Source of the DNA: Candidatus Hermodarchaeota archaeon
Lineage (GTDB): Archaea > Asgardarchaeota > Lokiarchaeia > Sigyniarchaeales > SOKP01
Length of the DNA stretch: 63,258 nucleotides
Direction: 5' to 3'
NCBI GenBank assembly: GCA_048885925.1
Contig: JBHLLG010000014.1
Location: forward strand, 1-63,258
Below the pieces are notes generated by a model. It did no database searches and was not told the origin of the DNA. It was given only the letters and a program-made list of their open reading frames with translations. A program made the translations under genes and the position numbers. Numbering within the stretch: position 1 is the stretch's first letter; each line of letters begins with the position of its first letter. Below, one piece after another: positions 20,331 to 30,783 of this stretch.

Positions 20331-21236
20331 ATGTTGAATAATATGGTAAAAAAAATTATTTTCTCAGCTACTCACGATCATATAGTTATTAAACATGTAA
20401 TTAAAGAATTAAAAAAAGCAAAAGAATTCAATTTAATGCTCCACGATCCTACAAAGGATTTCTTTAATCTTTCAAATATGCCAAAATCATTTACAGATGC
20501 AGATATAATAATTGTAAAAGTCAGAAATGAATGTTCTCTTGATATATTACACTTTGCTAAAATTTATAATATACCTACTTTACATGATATAGATACAATT
20601 TTGATGTGTAAGAATAAAATAGCGCTTGATTTTGCCTTAAGGAGAGTAATAAATTATTATTTAAAAGATCTCAAAAAATTTTTAGTTCCTGATTCTTGGA
20701 TTCAAACCTTAATAAATGTCAATAGGTTTAAGAAATGGGCTCTAGATAAATTGCCAATTGTAATTAAGAGTCATTATCAGCATGACAAATATAATAGATT
20801 TAATTTTCTTGTTCAAAAAATTGAAGAAGTAGATAAATTCTGCAAAAAATATAAACAATTTTTATACTACAATGTATATATTCAAGAATTTATTGAGTGT
20901 GATGGAATTGAAAGAAAAGTTTATGTGATTGGAGATAAAGTTTTTGGTATCAAAAGAGAAAATCCAATTTATCTATACTTAAGAGAAAAACCAGAAGATA
21001 TTGATGTAGATTTGATTGAACGAGAACAATTTAAAATCACTAAGGAAATCATAAATTTATCAAGAATATTATCAAAAGAGTTAAAACTTAAGATTTTTGG
21101 ATTTGATCTTGTTCAACCAATAAATAATGATAAATTATACATTATAGATTTAAATGACTTCCCAAGCTTTAAAGGAATTCCAAATATTGAGAAGGAGTTA
21201 ACTGAGTATCTAAAAAATTATGTTTTAGAGTTTTAA
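20331..21236 (+). CDS. ATP-grasp protein resembling ITPK1
   Basis: PIVIKS, IQEFIECDG, KVYVIGD, IFGFDLV, IIDLNDFPSFKG. Confidence 0.78.
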   Translation: MLNNMVKKIIFSATHDHIVIKHVIKELKKAKEFNLMLHDPTKDFFNLSNMPKSFTDADIIIVKVRNECSLDILHFAKIYNIPTLHDIDTILMCKNKIALDFALRRVINYYLKDLKKFLVPDSWIQTLINVNRFKKWALDKLPIVIKSHYQHDKYNRFNFLVQKIEEVDKFCKKYKQFLYYNVYIQEFIECDGIERKVYVIGDKVFGIKRENPIYLYLREKPEDIDVDLIEREQFKITKEIINLSRILSKELKLKIFGFDLVQPINNDKLYIIDLNDFPSFKGIPNIEKELTEYLKNYVLEF

Positions 21237-22078
21237 GGTATTATTAGAAAGGGAATTATTATAATGTAAGCAAATATTCCATATAAAATACAAAAGTAGC
21301 CAAAACTAATTTTTTGAGCAATTTGTAGTAGTAATTCTATACTTAGATAACCTATTAGAAAAGCAACTAAGGTAACACTAATAATTGAAATAGTATCAAG
21401 AGTTCCAAGAACCGATCCTCCTCCAAAGATTAAATCAACTAAAATGGATGCAATAGCAACAGGAACAGACATTAAAAAACTCAAACGTAATGCAGTGTCT
21501 TGATTATATCTTTCGAATAATATAATTGAAACAGTAACTCCTGATCGCGAAATTCCTGGTAAAATAGATACGCCTTGAATAAGCCCAGATAATGTACTGT
21601 CTTTTCGGATAATTTTTTGAGGTACATCTTCTAAAAAACTTTTTCCATATATTTTTCTTGTTTTGAGTAAGATAATCCCTGTTATAATCAATAATCCACA
21701 AACTACTAATGTTATTAAATCTCCTTGAAATGCAGTAAATGCTTCTAAAATTATAATCCTAAAAATGAAATAAAGCGGTAAAGCAGTAATTCCAGTACCT
21801 AATGTTGCATAAATTAACCAGTTTCTCTTTCTAATATCAATATTTTCAATAATATATGTTTTAGGTATAAGACTTTTAAATATTTTAATAAAATCAGTTC
21901 TGAATTTTAATAGAACTGCTAGGGTTGTACCTAAATGAAGCCATATGGAAAGACTGAATGCCTGCTCAGCAGGAATATTGAATAAATTCATAGAAACAAT
22001 CATAACTTGTCCGCTGGATGATATCGGTAACCATTCAAATAAACCCTGAAGAATTGCGATTATTAAGTATTCAATCAT
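21233..22078 (-). CDS. uppP: Undecaprenyl/polyprenyl-diphosphate phosphatase (BacA/UppP family)
   Basis: QGLFEWLPISSSG, HLGT, PGISRSG, SFLMSVP. Confidence 0.9.
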   Translation of the reverse strand: MIEYLIIAILQGLFEWLPISSSGQVMIVSMNLFNIPAEQAFSLSIWLHLGTTLAVLLKFRTDFIKIFKSLIPKTYIIENIDIRKRNWLIYATLGTGITALPLYFIFRIIILEAFTAFQGDLITLVVCGLLIITGIILLKTRKIYGKSFLEDVPQKIIRKDSTLSGLIQGVSILPGISRSGVTVSIILFERYNQDTALRLSFLMSVPVAIASILVDLIFGGGSVLGTLDTISIISVTLVAFLIGYLSIELLLQIAQKISFGYFCILYGIFAYIIIIPFLIIP

Positions 22079-22081
22079 AAT

Positions 22082-22558
22082 TTAAAACTCATATTTATTT
22101 AATCCTTTCATTAAACTATCAATAATTTCATCTCTCACCTTCCTAAAAAGCTCTTCGTTCATCGAAGGATCTTCAATATCTCCACTTCCGCCTCCAAATT
22201 CTTTAATTGTTAAAACTTTTTTGTTATTTACATTAAAAAAATCACTGATTTCTTTCTTGTGTTGATTAGTTAATGTTAAAATCAGATCTGCATCTTTTAT
22301 AAATTCAGGATGTTTTTTCAAATCAAACGATAAAGCAATATCAGATAACTTAATCCCTATTTCTTCCATGACTAATCTTGCATCTAAAGATATTATCATC
22401 CCATCTCTAGCATTAGAAGAAATGCCACCTGATTTAACAGAAACATTTAAATTAAACTTAGAGAAAAAATCTCTTAAAAATCCTTCTGCAATTCGACTTC
22501 TGGCAGTGTTAACGGAACACACAACTAAAATAGATTTATAGGGAAATTTTTTATCCAT
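22082..22558 (-). CDS. Low-molecular-weight protein-tyrosine phosphatase / ArsC-like
   Basis: VVCSVNTARS (CX5R P-loop), ADLIL, DIEDP. Confidence 0.85.
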   Translation of the reverse strand: MDKKFPYKSILVVCSVNTARSRIAEGFLRDFFSKFNLNVSVKSGGISSNARDGMIISLDARLVMEEIGIKLSDIALSFDLKKHPEFIKDADLILTLTNQHKKEISDFFNVNNKKVLTIKEFGGGSGDIEDPSMNEELFRKVRDEIIDSLMKGLNKYEF

Positions 22559-22594
22559 TATTTAAATGAAAAGTAGGATGTAAAAAAATTATTA

Positions 22595-23281
22595 TTATTT
22601 GAAACTCTTTCTTTTAACGAATTTTATACCTTTCTCTTTCATACTTTTTAGAGTTCTTGAAACATTTCCAGGTGGAAGATCAACACCTCTAGTCAATTCG
22701 ATTAAAAAATAAACTTTATAACCAAATTCAAACCCATCCATAGCTGTATAGTAGCCACAATAATCTAAGGTTAATCCACATATAAAAATTCGCTTAATAT
22801 TTTTAGAATTTAAATATTCTCTTAAACCTGTTTCAGATTTTTTATCATTATCTTGGAACCCAGAATAACTATCAACTTTATAATTCATACCTTTCTGGAT
22901 TATTTTATCAGCTAATTCTTTTTTTAGGTCTTTATGAAATTCTGCTCCAATAGAACCTTGCACACAATGATCAGGCCATAGAACTGGACCTATCCCTCCG
23001 TCATCGGAAGTATATTCATCACCCGGACTTTTTCCTGGATGATTACTAGCAAAAGATAGGTGATTTTGCGGGTGCCAGTCTTGTGTTAAAACAATAACAG
23101 CTTTTTTTTCTTTAAAATAATTAGCAATTTCATTGATTCCTTCTATAATCAAATCTCCTTCCTCAACTGCCAATGATCCTCCAGGTATAAAATCATTTTG
23201 CATATCAACAATTATTAAAGCATCTTTCTCGTTTATTTTAATATTCTCTTCAAATTTTATATTTTCCATACTAATTATCAT
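22595..23281 (-). CDS. pncA: Nicotinamidase/pyrazinamidase
   Basis: VDMQNDF, QDWHP, WPDHCVQG, KG..DSYSGF, GLTLDYC. Confidence 0.92.
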   Translation of the reverse strand: MIISMENIKFEENIKINEKDALIIVDMQNDFIPGGSLAVEEGDLIIEGINEIANYFKEKKAVIVLTQDWHPQNHLSFASNHPGKSPGDEYTSDDGGIGPVLWPDHCVQGSIGAEFHKDLKKELADKIIQKGMNYKVDSYSGFQDNDKKSETGLREYLNSKNIKRIFICGLTLDYCGYYTAMDGFEFGYKVYFLIELTRGVDLPPGNVSRTLKSMKEKGIKFVKRKSFK

Positions 23282-23309
23282 TCATAAAAATTAATTGAAT
23301 TGGATAATT

Positions 23310-23996
23310 CTAATCTAATTTAATTTTTTTATATAATATATAACTTGAATAAAATAAATGCCAAAATAGTATCGAAAAAATTACAATCCATTCATATATT
23401 GGCATTATTACATAAACTCTTCGTCCAAATGAGTAACAAATATCTACGTAAAAATTACAAAAATTAGTTATAAAAAATGGTATTAAATAAGTCAAAAAGA
23501 TCCCAGCCACAGTAAATGCTACATAAGAAGCTTTTTTTGAAAAATTTGTACTTTGAAGCATCACAATTCCAAAAAGTGAACAAAAAATGGCTCCTCCTAT
23601 CCATGAAAGTAATGCTCCTAGTCCATGTAAAGAGCTAATAAACTCATTAACACCTGAAAAAGTTCCTGTAAATATGGCTGCCGCAGAAGAGAAAACTCCA
23701 GTTATTACAGCAAATTTTCTTAAAATATCATTTACATTTTCCTGCTTTAAAACTCTACCGATATATACAATAAAAAAAATCGAAAATATAGAAGAGATTA
23801 TAAGACCTAATCTCAAAAATATTCCCCCGGGATGGTGACCTAAGATGCTTATTGATTTTTTCCACATAATATAGTCGGGTGATAATATTAATGCGATAAT
23901 ATCCCCTATGAAACCTATTAAAAAAGTTAATAGACCAAAAATATATCCTGGTACAAGATCGAAGAGTTCATCAAAAAATTTATTTACTTTACTCAT
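23310..23996 (-). CDS. DUF998-like membrane protein
   Basis: Y....SISILG motif, conserved His (LHGLGA), EW near the C-terminus, about six TM helices. Confidence 0.6.
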   Translation of the reverse strand: MSKVNKFFDELFDLVPGYIFGLLTFLIGFIGDIIALILSPDYIMWKKSISILGHHPGGIFLRLGLIISSIFSIFFIVYIGRVLKQENVNDILRKFAVITGVFSSAAAIFTGTFSGVNEFISSLHGLGALLSWIGGAIFCSLFGIVMLQSTNFSKKASYVAFTVAGIFLTYLIPFFITNFCNFYVDICYSFGRRVYVIMPIYEWIVIFSILFWHLFYSSYILYKKIKLD

Positions 23997-24081
23997 CGCA
24001 ATCTCTCTTTTTTTTATACGTTATAAAAATTCCTATAATCAATTAAAATTTATGTTTAGAAAAAAGATATAAATATTAGAA

Positions 24082-24738
24082 TCAAATTTTTTTTTGAATT
24101 ATATAGCTTGACACTACAAAATACCAAAGTATTAGCATTAATGTATTTAACCACTCTAGGGAGGGTAAAATCCTCATTAGAAATCTTAAAGAAGGAAAAA
24201 GATGCAAGAAAAAAATAAACATCAGTAAACTTAAAGTAAATGTGGCAAAAAAACCAAAATAGGCAAGGAATTTTGAATATCTTGGGGATTTAAGAAATAA
24301 AATATTAAAAATTGTAATATAAGTTACACCAAAAATCCAACTAATCACCGCATTAATGCCATGAATATAAGCAATTATAGGATTAGAACCACAAAAAATC
24401 CCCAACATGGTGAAACTTACACATGAGATTATTGCAGCGATTTTCACATATTTTTTAAGATTTTTACTAACAATTTCTTCATTAAATGTTTTTTCAAGAT
24501 GAATCACGAATAAAAGAGCAAAAAGACCAGAAATAATGGTTCCCATTTGGAAAAAAAGACCTCCTGGTCCTAAACATAATGAACTTACGGCTCTTCGTCT
24601 GAAATCATACCCTGGATACAATAAATACGCAACTGAATCTCCAATAATGCCAAATGTAATTGATAATAAACCATATATTCCACAGGATATTTTTTGTAAG
24701 GATCTATTAATTAATATTTTTAATCCCTGCATTTCCAC
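24082..24738 (-). CDS. DUF998-like membrane protein (tandem paralog of 23310-23996)
   Basis: YPGYD...AVSSL, IHG, LEW; same TM pattern as its neighbour. Confidence 0.6.
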   Translation of the reverse strand: MEMQGLKILINRSLQKISCGIYGLLSITFGIIGDSVAYLLYPGYDFRRRAVSSLCLGPGGLFFQMGTIISGLFALLFVIHLEKTFNEEIVSKNLKKYVKIAAIISCVSFTMLGIFCGSNPIIAYIHGINAVISWIFGVTYITIFNILFLKSPRYSKFLAYFGFFATFTLSLLMFIFFLHLFPSLRFLMRILPSLEWLNTLMLILWYFVVSSYIIQKKI

Positions 24739-24895
24739 ACGCTTTTAAAGTGACTTAAGAGATGCATTGTAATTTTATGGATTTATTTAGAAAAGTCTTT
24801 TCTTTTATCAAAAACAAAATTATTACTTTAAAAGGAAATACTACTTAAAAATCCATTTATGGTAAAAAATAAGAAATTCTGTTATTTAGAAAAAA

Positions 24896-26779
24896 TTACT
24901 TTGGTAATTTTATTGTAAAGGTTGATCCTTTATTTCTTCCTTGAGATTTTACTAAAATTTTCCCCTTATGTAATTCTATAATTTCTTTCGATATATATAA
25001 CCCTAAACCTGAACTTTCAGTTTCAACTTCTAAATCTTTTCCAAATCTCTCAGTCTTCCCAAATTTTTGAAATAAGTTTTTTTGTTCTTTTTTAGTTAAT
25101 CCTATACCGGTGTCTCTAACAGAAATTTCTACAAATTGATCTTCGGAATCTAAATTAATATAGATATTGCCCTTAAGGGGCGTATATTTTATAGCATTTG
25201 ATAAAAGATTTGTAATTACTTGTTCGATTCTGATTCTATCAATCAATACAAATAATTCTTTAGGAAACTCAGTATTAATAATAATACTTCGCTTATCAGC
25301 CCAATATCTTAAATCATCAATACATTCATTAACAATTTCTACTAAATTTTCTTTTTGGGGATTTAGATTAAACTTACCTGATTCCACTCTTGATATATCA
25401 AGTAAATTTTCAATCAATTGCTTTAATTTTTGCCCGCCTCTATAAATCATTTCAAGAAATCCTATTGTCTGTTCTCCAAATTGATCTTTAAAGCCTTTTA
25501 GAAGAATCTGGGAAGCCGCATAAATAGAACTTAAAGGAGTTTTAAGCTCATGAGATACATTCATTATTAATTCACTTTTAGTTTGACTCAATTCTAGTAA
25601 TTCTTTATTCTCTTCAATTATCATAGTTTCAACCTTTTTTCGTTCTGAAATATCTCTAGCAATTACTAATATTTTCTGTTTTCCTTCTTTGTCTATAAAG
25701 AATTGAGCATTCGCTTCTAAAGTAAGAAAATGTCCATTTTTGTGTCTTAAAGATGCTTCAATTGGTTCTTCTCTTAATTTATTAGGTTTTTTAAACTCAT
25801 TTATCAAATATTCTCGATCATCTGGATGAACAAATTCAAGTCCGTTTTTACCAATTAGTTCGTCATAATTATAGCCTAGAATCTTTAAAAACGGTTTTTT
25901 ATTCACATATTCTAACTCTAAATGCTCATTAAGAATACAGATTAAATCATTTGCGTTCTCAGATATTAAACGGTACCTTTCTTCAGATTCTTTTAATTTT
26001 TGCTCTATTTTTGTTTGGGTTGTTATATCTCTTATTACAACAATAAATCTTTCGATTCCATTCATAATAACATATTTACCCCGTGCTGAGACGTAAACAA
26101 TATTTCCATTTTTGTGTAAAAGCCTATATCGAGGAACCGAAATAATTTCTTTTGTTTTTAGACCAATTTTCATTGATTCTACTATTTTGGGTACATCCTC
26201 GGGATGAATATAATTAAAAGCATTCTTTCCTATGAGTTCCGAAGGATGATAACCCATAATTTCATAACATTGAGGGCTAATAAAAGTTACATTTGCTTTA
26301 GAGTCACCTTCGAGTATGATATCGGAAAGATTGTTGACCATACTTCGATATTTTCTTTCAGATTCTTTTATTAATTTTTCTATCTTTTTTCGTTCGCTTA
26401 TATCTCTCGAAATTATTATTGCTTTTCTTTTTCCATCTGTATCTATGAATGTTTTTCCTTTATGTTCTAACCACAGAAAATGACCATCTTTATGCCGTAC
26501 CCTCATTTCATTTGTTCCTTCTCCATACTTGAATCCATTTCTTAATGCTTTTTCTACAATCTTAATATCATCTGGTTGTAAAGGAATAAGTGGCGTTTTT
26601 CCAATTATATCTTCTGATGTATAACCTAAGAGATTAAAGTAAGCTTTTTCATTAATATACTCATGTCGAAATTCCTCATTTATGATTGTAATTAAATCAT
26701 TAGCATTTTCTAAAATCATTTTAAATTTCTCTTCTGATTGGTTTACAAATTTTTCACTTTCTTTATGTTCTAATGGCAT
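24896..26779 (-). CDS. Soluble PAS-PAS-PAS sensor histidine kinase
   Basis: Three PAS/PAC repeats (IHPED, HKNG..ARDISERK), SHELKTPL H-box, NLLSNAIKY, DTGIG, GLGL. Confidence 0.93.
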   Translation of the reverse strand: MPLEHKESEKFVNQSEEKFKMILENANDLITIINEEFRHEYINEKAYFNLLGYTSEDIIGKTPLIPLQPDDIKIVEKALRNGFKYGEGTNEMRVRHKDGHFLWLEHKGKTFIDTDGKRKAIIISRDISERKKIEKLIKESERKYRSMVNNLSDIILEGDSKANVTFISPQCYEIMGYHPSELIGKNAFNYIHPEDVPKIVESMKIGLKTKEIISVPRYRLLHKNGNIVYVSARGKYVIMNGIERFIVVIRDITTQTKIEQKLKESEERYRLISENANDLICILNEHLELEYVNKKPFLKILGYNYDELIGKNGLEFVHPDDREYLINEFKKPNKLREEPIEASLRHKNGHFLTLEANAQFFIDKEGKQKILVIARDISERKKVETMIIEENKELLELSQTKSELIMNVSHELKTPLSSIYAASQILLKGFKDQFGEQTIGFLEMIYRGGQKLKQLIENLLDISRVESGKFNLNPQKENLVEIVNECIDDLRYWADKRSIIINTEFPKELFVLIDRIRIEQVITNLLSNAIKYTPLKGNIYINLDSEDQFVEISVRDTGIGLTKKEQKNLFQKFGKTERFGKDLEVETESSGLGLYISKEIIELHKGKILVKSQGRNKGSTFTIKLPK

Positions 26780-27088
26780 GTTAATTTCCTCAATTATTCT
26801 TCTTTAATCTCTTAAATATAATTTGATTTAAAGAAATTTTTTAGTTAGATCTAATTTTGTCAATAAATAGGAAGTATTGGTAATCTTGCTAGATTAATCT
26901 TTTGACTAACACAATAACTAGTAAGAATATATTGCATTATAGTTATATTCTTATTGAATTAAGGTATTGTTCTATATTCTGATACGAAAATACTTTTGTA
27001 AATATTTTAGAAAATTTTAATTTTTAATCCTAATTATTGTTATACATTAACTTCTAAAACTTATAAAGCACAACTTTCTTTCTAGTCT

Positions 27089-27159
27089 GCGCTCGTAGTA
27101 TAGGGGTAATATGCTGGCTTCCCAAGCCAGCGTCCCGGGTTCAAATCCCGGCGGGCGCA
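27089..27159 (+). tRNA. tRNA-Gly (CCC)
   Basis: Acceptor stem GCGCTCG/CGGGCGC, anticodon arm CTGGC-TTCCCAA-GCCAG, T arm GGTTCAAATCC; no intron, CCA not encoded. Confidence 0.95.
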
Positions 27160-27206
27160 TCTCTTAATTCTTTGAAGTTATTCTAGGTAAAACAATTGAA
27201 AATAAT

Positions 27207-27461
27207 TTAATTGCCTAGATTTTTTATAAGATCGTCAGGAACAGAACTAATATCTTCAATTTCTTTACATAAATCAGATATTTCCCCAAATAAAAATGCT
27301 GCTCTTTCAAAAGACCCATTTTCTCGATATTTCTTAGCTTCATTCATTTTAAGCATTTTATTCATTAAGGGTTGAAAAATAGTAAGAATCTCATAGACAT
27401 TCTTTAAAATTTCCTTACAAATGACGATTTTATTGTTAATATCTCTTTCTTTTGCTTGCAT
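27207..27461 (-). CDS. Small helical hypothetical protein
   Basis: 84-aa ATG ORF with plausible composition, not overlapping other genes. Confidence 0.55.
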   Translation of the reverse strand: MQAKERDINNKIVICKEILKNVYEILTIFQPLMNKMLKMNEAKKYRENGSFERAAFLFGEISDLCKEIEDISSVPDDLIKNLGN

Positions 27462-27847
27462 TTTATTTTATCCTCACAAAATTTAATTTATTTATTTAAA
27501 TATTATTAAACTTCAACTATATAAATGCTTTCCTTTTATTTTTTAATCATCTATAATTACATACAAAAAGATTAAACGTATTTGTTTGAAATTATTTTTG
27601 TGTGAAATTTTTTTATTATAAGGTTATTTTGGTATAAATATTAAAGTTTTGAATAATATAACATTAACATAAGTTGGTGAATTTGATCAATAAAATTATA
27701 ATGATCAAATTTGTGAGCAAAAAAGAGTAAAATATTTGGTAATAAAAAGTGAGTCTTCTTTTATTAAAGAGTAATTAAATTTGATAATGAAATATAGTAT
27801 TGAAATTTATTATTTTTATAAACAACTCTAATATAATAATTATTATG

Positions 27848-28510
27848 TCAGTTAACTTTTTCAATCTTTTTTAATAGATCTCTCAAATGAAGGTTGCCCA
27901 TACCAAATTTCGTACGAAAAGAAAACATTAATACTAAATTGAATTTCAAATTATTAATTTCCATGAATTTAGAAATAAATTTTTCATTATTCTCTAATTC
28001 GAAATACATATTTTTTACTTCAATTAATTTTTCCTCACTACGAACTTGAAACTCATTCATTATTGAAAATAGGGTGTTACTTGGCAAAGATGAATATAAG
28101 ACATTTCCATCAATAGTAAACATTCCACTTCCTAAAATCTCTTTATCATCCACACAATCTCTTAATAATTGGATAATTTGCTGGAAGATTGGCAAAGATG
28201 TAAATGATAATTCTGCATCATCTTCTTGATTGTTATTTAAAGTTCCATTACTACTTTCATAAAATTCCATATGTGTGAATTCAAAATCGACAGTTTGATA
28301 ACTCCTAATACTAAAATTTTTGTCAATAAAGGCTTGAAAACTATGTTTACAGCATAAATTAGAGGGAATTGATATGGTTGTTAATTGTTTAGCTTGATTT
28401 ATTATTTTTATAGGGATTTTCAATTCCTTTCTTGTCTTACAGGTAGGACAAACTATAATTATATTTCTATACATTTCTTTAGATGCTGAATCGTCTTTAG
28501 TAATCATCAA
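27848..28510 (-). CDS. Zn-ribbon plus roadblock/longin-like domain protein
   Basis: CPTC...CCKH Zn ribbon, then ILGSGMFTIDGNVLYSSLP...KFGMGNLHLRDL resembling a roadblock/profilin-like fold. Confidence 0.6.
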   Translation of the reverse strand: MMITKDDSASKEMYRNIIIVCPTCKTRKELKIPIKIINQAKQLTTISIPSNLCCKHSFQAFIDKNFSIRSYQTVDFEFTHMEFYESSNGTLNNNQEDDAELSFTSLPIFQQIIQLLRDCVDDKEILGSGMFTIDGNVLYSSLPSNTLFSIMNEFQVRSEEKLIEVKNMYFELENNEKFISKFMEINNLKFNLVLMFSFRTKFGMGNLHLRDLLKKIEKVN

Positions 28511-28976
28511 TTTTTTCTTATAATGTATAATATTTTTAATTACTTTTTTGTGTGTTATTTATACTATTTTAAAGAAATTAAACACTCAAAAATTATTTAT
28601 TATGTAATTTTTTTAAGAAATTTAAATTTTTGTTAAATTCAGTATAAATTCAAATAACTATATTTATGTGAAAAAAAATGTCGATAATATTTAGCTGAAT
28701 TTACAACATTTTACGAATTTATATAACTGAAAAAAAATTGTGACTTACATTGCTATGAGTTTTTTGGGATTGTGAAACTTTAAATAGGGTTTCTAATATA
28801 AGTTTTTTAGTTCAATATTAATAAAAGTACTAAAAAAACATAACACTTACTAATATTTTACACACAAAAAACAATTGTGTAAAAAAAATTCAATAATAAA
28901 AATTGAGTTAGTAATAAAAAATTATGGTTATGATTCAAGAGAATAGAATCTGCAAAAAAATACGCATGAAGTCAAT

Positions 28977-29789
28977 ATGATAGCTATGAACAACACCCAA
29001 AACATAAATGATAATTCAGAAAAAGTACATATGCTGGGTTACGGTCTATTAGAAAATTCAAATATTATTAATAACGGAATATTTGACATAGTTTTTCAAA
29101 AAGGAATCGGTGTACCACTTATACAAAACATAATTGAACTATATAAAAATGAAATAATAACTAAAAAGCAGGGGAATTCCATTATCCCTTTAGAGGAGTT
29201 TACCATTTATATACAATATTTTAATAATAATGAAAATGAAATTTCTGTCATTATATATATGGAAGAAAAAGACCGAGCAGTAAATTTCTCCAAGTTATAC
29301 TTCTTATCAAGGGATGTAAATAAAAAAATTCTTTCGAAGGCTACTAGTTCAGAAATAATGAATATTTTTGAAACTACTCTAGAAATACCAAAAACTGATG
29401 GTATAATCGCAATTTTTATTATAGGTTCTACTGGTAGTCCATTAATTTCAAAAATTAATAAAAAACGTAGTAATATTGCAGATCATGAAGTCCATATTGG
29501 AGGTTTTATTTCAGCAATATTATCTTTTTCAAATACCATCATTGGACAAGAAACTGGTGCTAAATTAAAAGAAATTAATTTTGGTAACCAACAATTTTAT
29601 GTTATATCAAAAAGTAACGTTATCTTTGCCTTTTTAGTAGAAAATATGAACTCTTTACTTCAAAGGTATATGTACCTCATTGCAGATGAATTTTTATATG
29701 AATATAAAGATTACCTTAAAAATTTTAATGGCGATATCACCCCATTCGCCGATTTTGAAGAAATTATAAACCAATATTTCATAATTTAA
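28977..29789 (+). CDS. Longin-like domain protein (first gene of the che cluster)
   Basis: C-terminal IFIIGSTGSPL..GGFISAILSFS..LKEINFG..IADEFL..Y..FNGDITPFADF, typical of Asgard longin domains. Confidence 0.65.
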   Translation: MIAMNNTQNINDNSEKVHMLGYGLLENSNIINNGIFDIVFQKGIGVPLIQNIIELYKNEIITKKQGNSIIPLEEFTIYIQYFNNNENEISVIIYMEEKDRAVNFSKLYFLSRDVNKKILSKATSSEIMNIFETTLEIPKTDGIIAIFIIGSTGSPLISKINKKRSNIADHEVHIGGFISAILSFSNTIIGQETGAKLKEINFGNQQFYVISKSNVIFAFLVENMNSLLQRYMYLIADEFLYEYKDYLKNFNGDITPFADFEEIINQYFII

Positions 29790-29807
29790 AAAAAAGGTGG
29801 ATAAAAA

Positions 29808-30335
29808 ATGGCTCAAAAGCAATATGAAGGAAAAGATCATGTATCAGTTCTTTCTTTTAAAATAGGTTGGGAAGAGTTCTGCATTGATCTTTATGATGTA
29901 AAAGAAATTATTCAAGCAGGTCAAATTCGAAAATTACCAAAAGGGTTAGATTACATTGATGGCATTTATAATTATAGAGGCGAGATTATTCATGTAATTA
30001 ATCTAAAGAAACGTTTAAATCTAGATGAATATCTTTTGTATTCAAAGCATTCATCTTATGAACAAGATTTAGGTGCTACAAAAAAATACATTATCATTTT
30101 AAAAGTTGAGAACGATCTAATAGGGTTCTATACAGATAGTATTATCAGTATAGACCATATTGATTCAGCTGAGATTGTTGGATTAAGTCCAATTTTTCAG
30201 ACCAGCGTTGCAATCGAATTTATTAAGGGTATAATTAATTTTAAAGAACGACCAAGAGTTATGCTTGATTTAAGTAAAATTTTTAGTGAAGTTGAGAAAT
30301 TCAAAATCCAACAAGATTTGTCATCTTTAACATAA
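29808..30335 (+). CDS. cheW: Chemotaxis coupling protein CheW
   Basis: FKIGWEEFCIDL..VKEII, IDGIYNYRGEIIHVINL, IGFYTDSI. Confidence 0.9.
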   Translation: MAQKQYEGKDHVSVLSFKIGWEEFCIDLYDVKEIIQAGQIRKLPKGLDYIDGIYNYRGEIIHVINLKKRLNLDEYLLYSKHSSYEQDLGATKKYIIILKVENDLIGFYTDSIISIDHIDSAEIVGLSPIFQTSVAIEFIKGIINFKERPRVMLDLSKIFSEVEKFKIQQDLSSLT

Positions 30336-30362
30336 AATCAAATAAAAAAAGGAGTTGATAAA

Positions 30363-30743
30363 ATGACAAAAAACGAGAAGAAAAAGGTCCTAATAGTTGA
30401 TGATGCACAGTTCACTCGAAACATGTTGAAGAATATAATAAATAAAATCGATGACATCGAAGTTATCGGTGAGGCTTCTAATGGTGACGAAGCTATCTCT
30501 TTATACAAGAAACTAAACCCTGATTTAGTTACCATGGATTTAGTGATGCCATCTAAAGGTGGGATTGAGGCAACAGAAGAGATACTGAAAGTAAATCCTA
30601 AAGCATTGATAGTAGTAGTATCCGCTTTAGGTCAAGAAGCTTTGGTTTTAGAAGCAGCAAAAAAAGGAGCAAAGGATTTTATTCAAAAGCCATTCAAAAC
30701 CGAACAAATAGTGGAAGTTATGGACCGAATATTAAAGAAATAA
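30363..30743 (+). CDS. cheY: Response regulator CheY
   Basis: LIVDDAQFTR, PDLVTMDLVMP, VSALGQ, DFIQKPF; directly upstream of cheA. Confidence 0.93.
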   Translation: MTKNEKKKVLIVDDAQFTRNMLKNIINKIDDIEVIGEASNGDEAISLYKKLNPDLVTMDLVMPSKGGIEATEEILKVNPKALIVVVSALGQEALVLEAAKKGAKDFIQKPFKTEQIVEVMDRILKK

Positions 30744-30783
30744 ATACAGTTAGATAAAATAAATATAAATTTAAGGTGATTAT

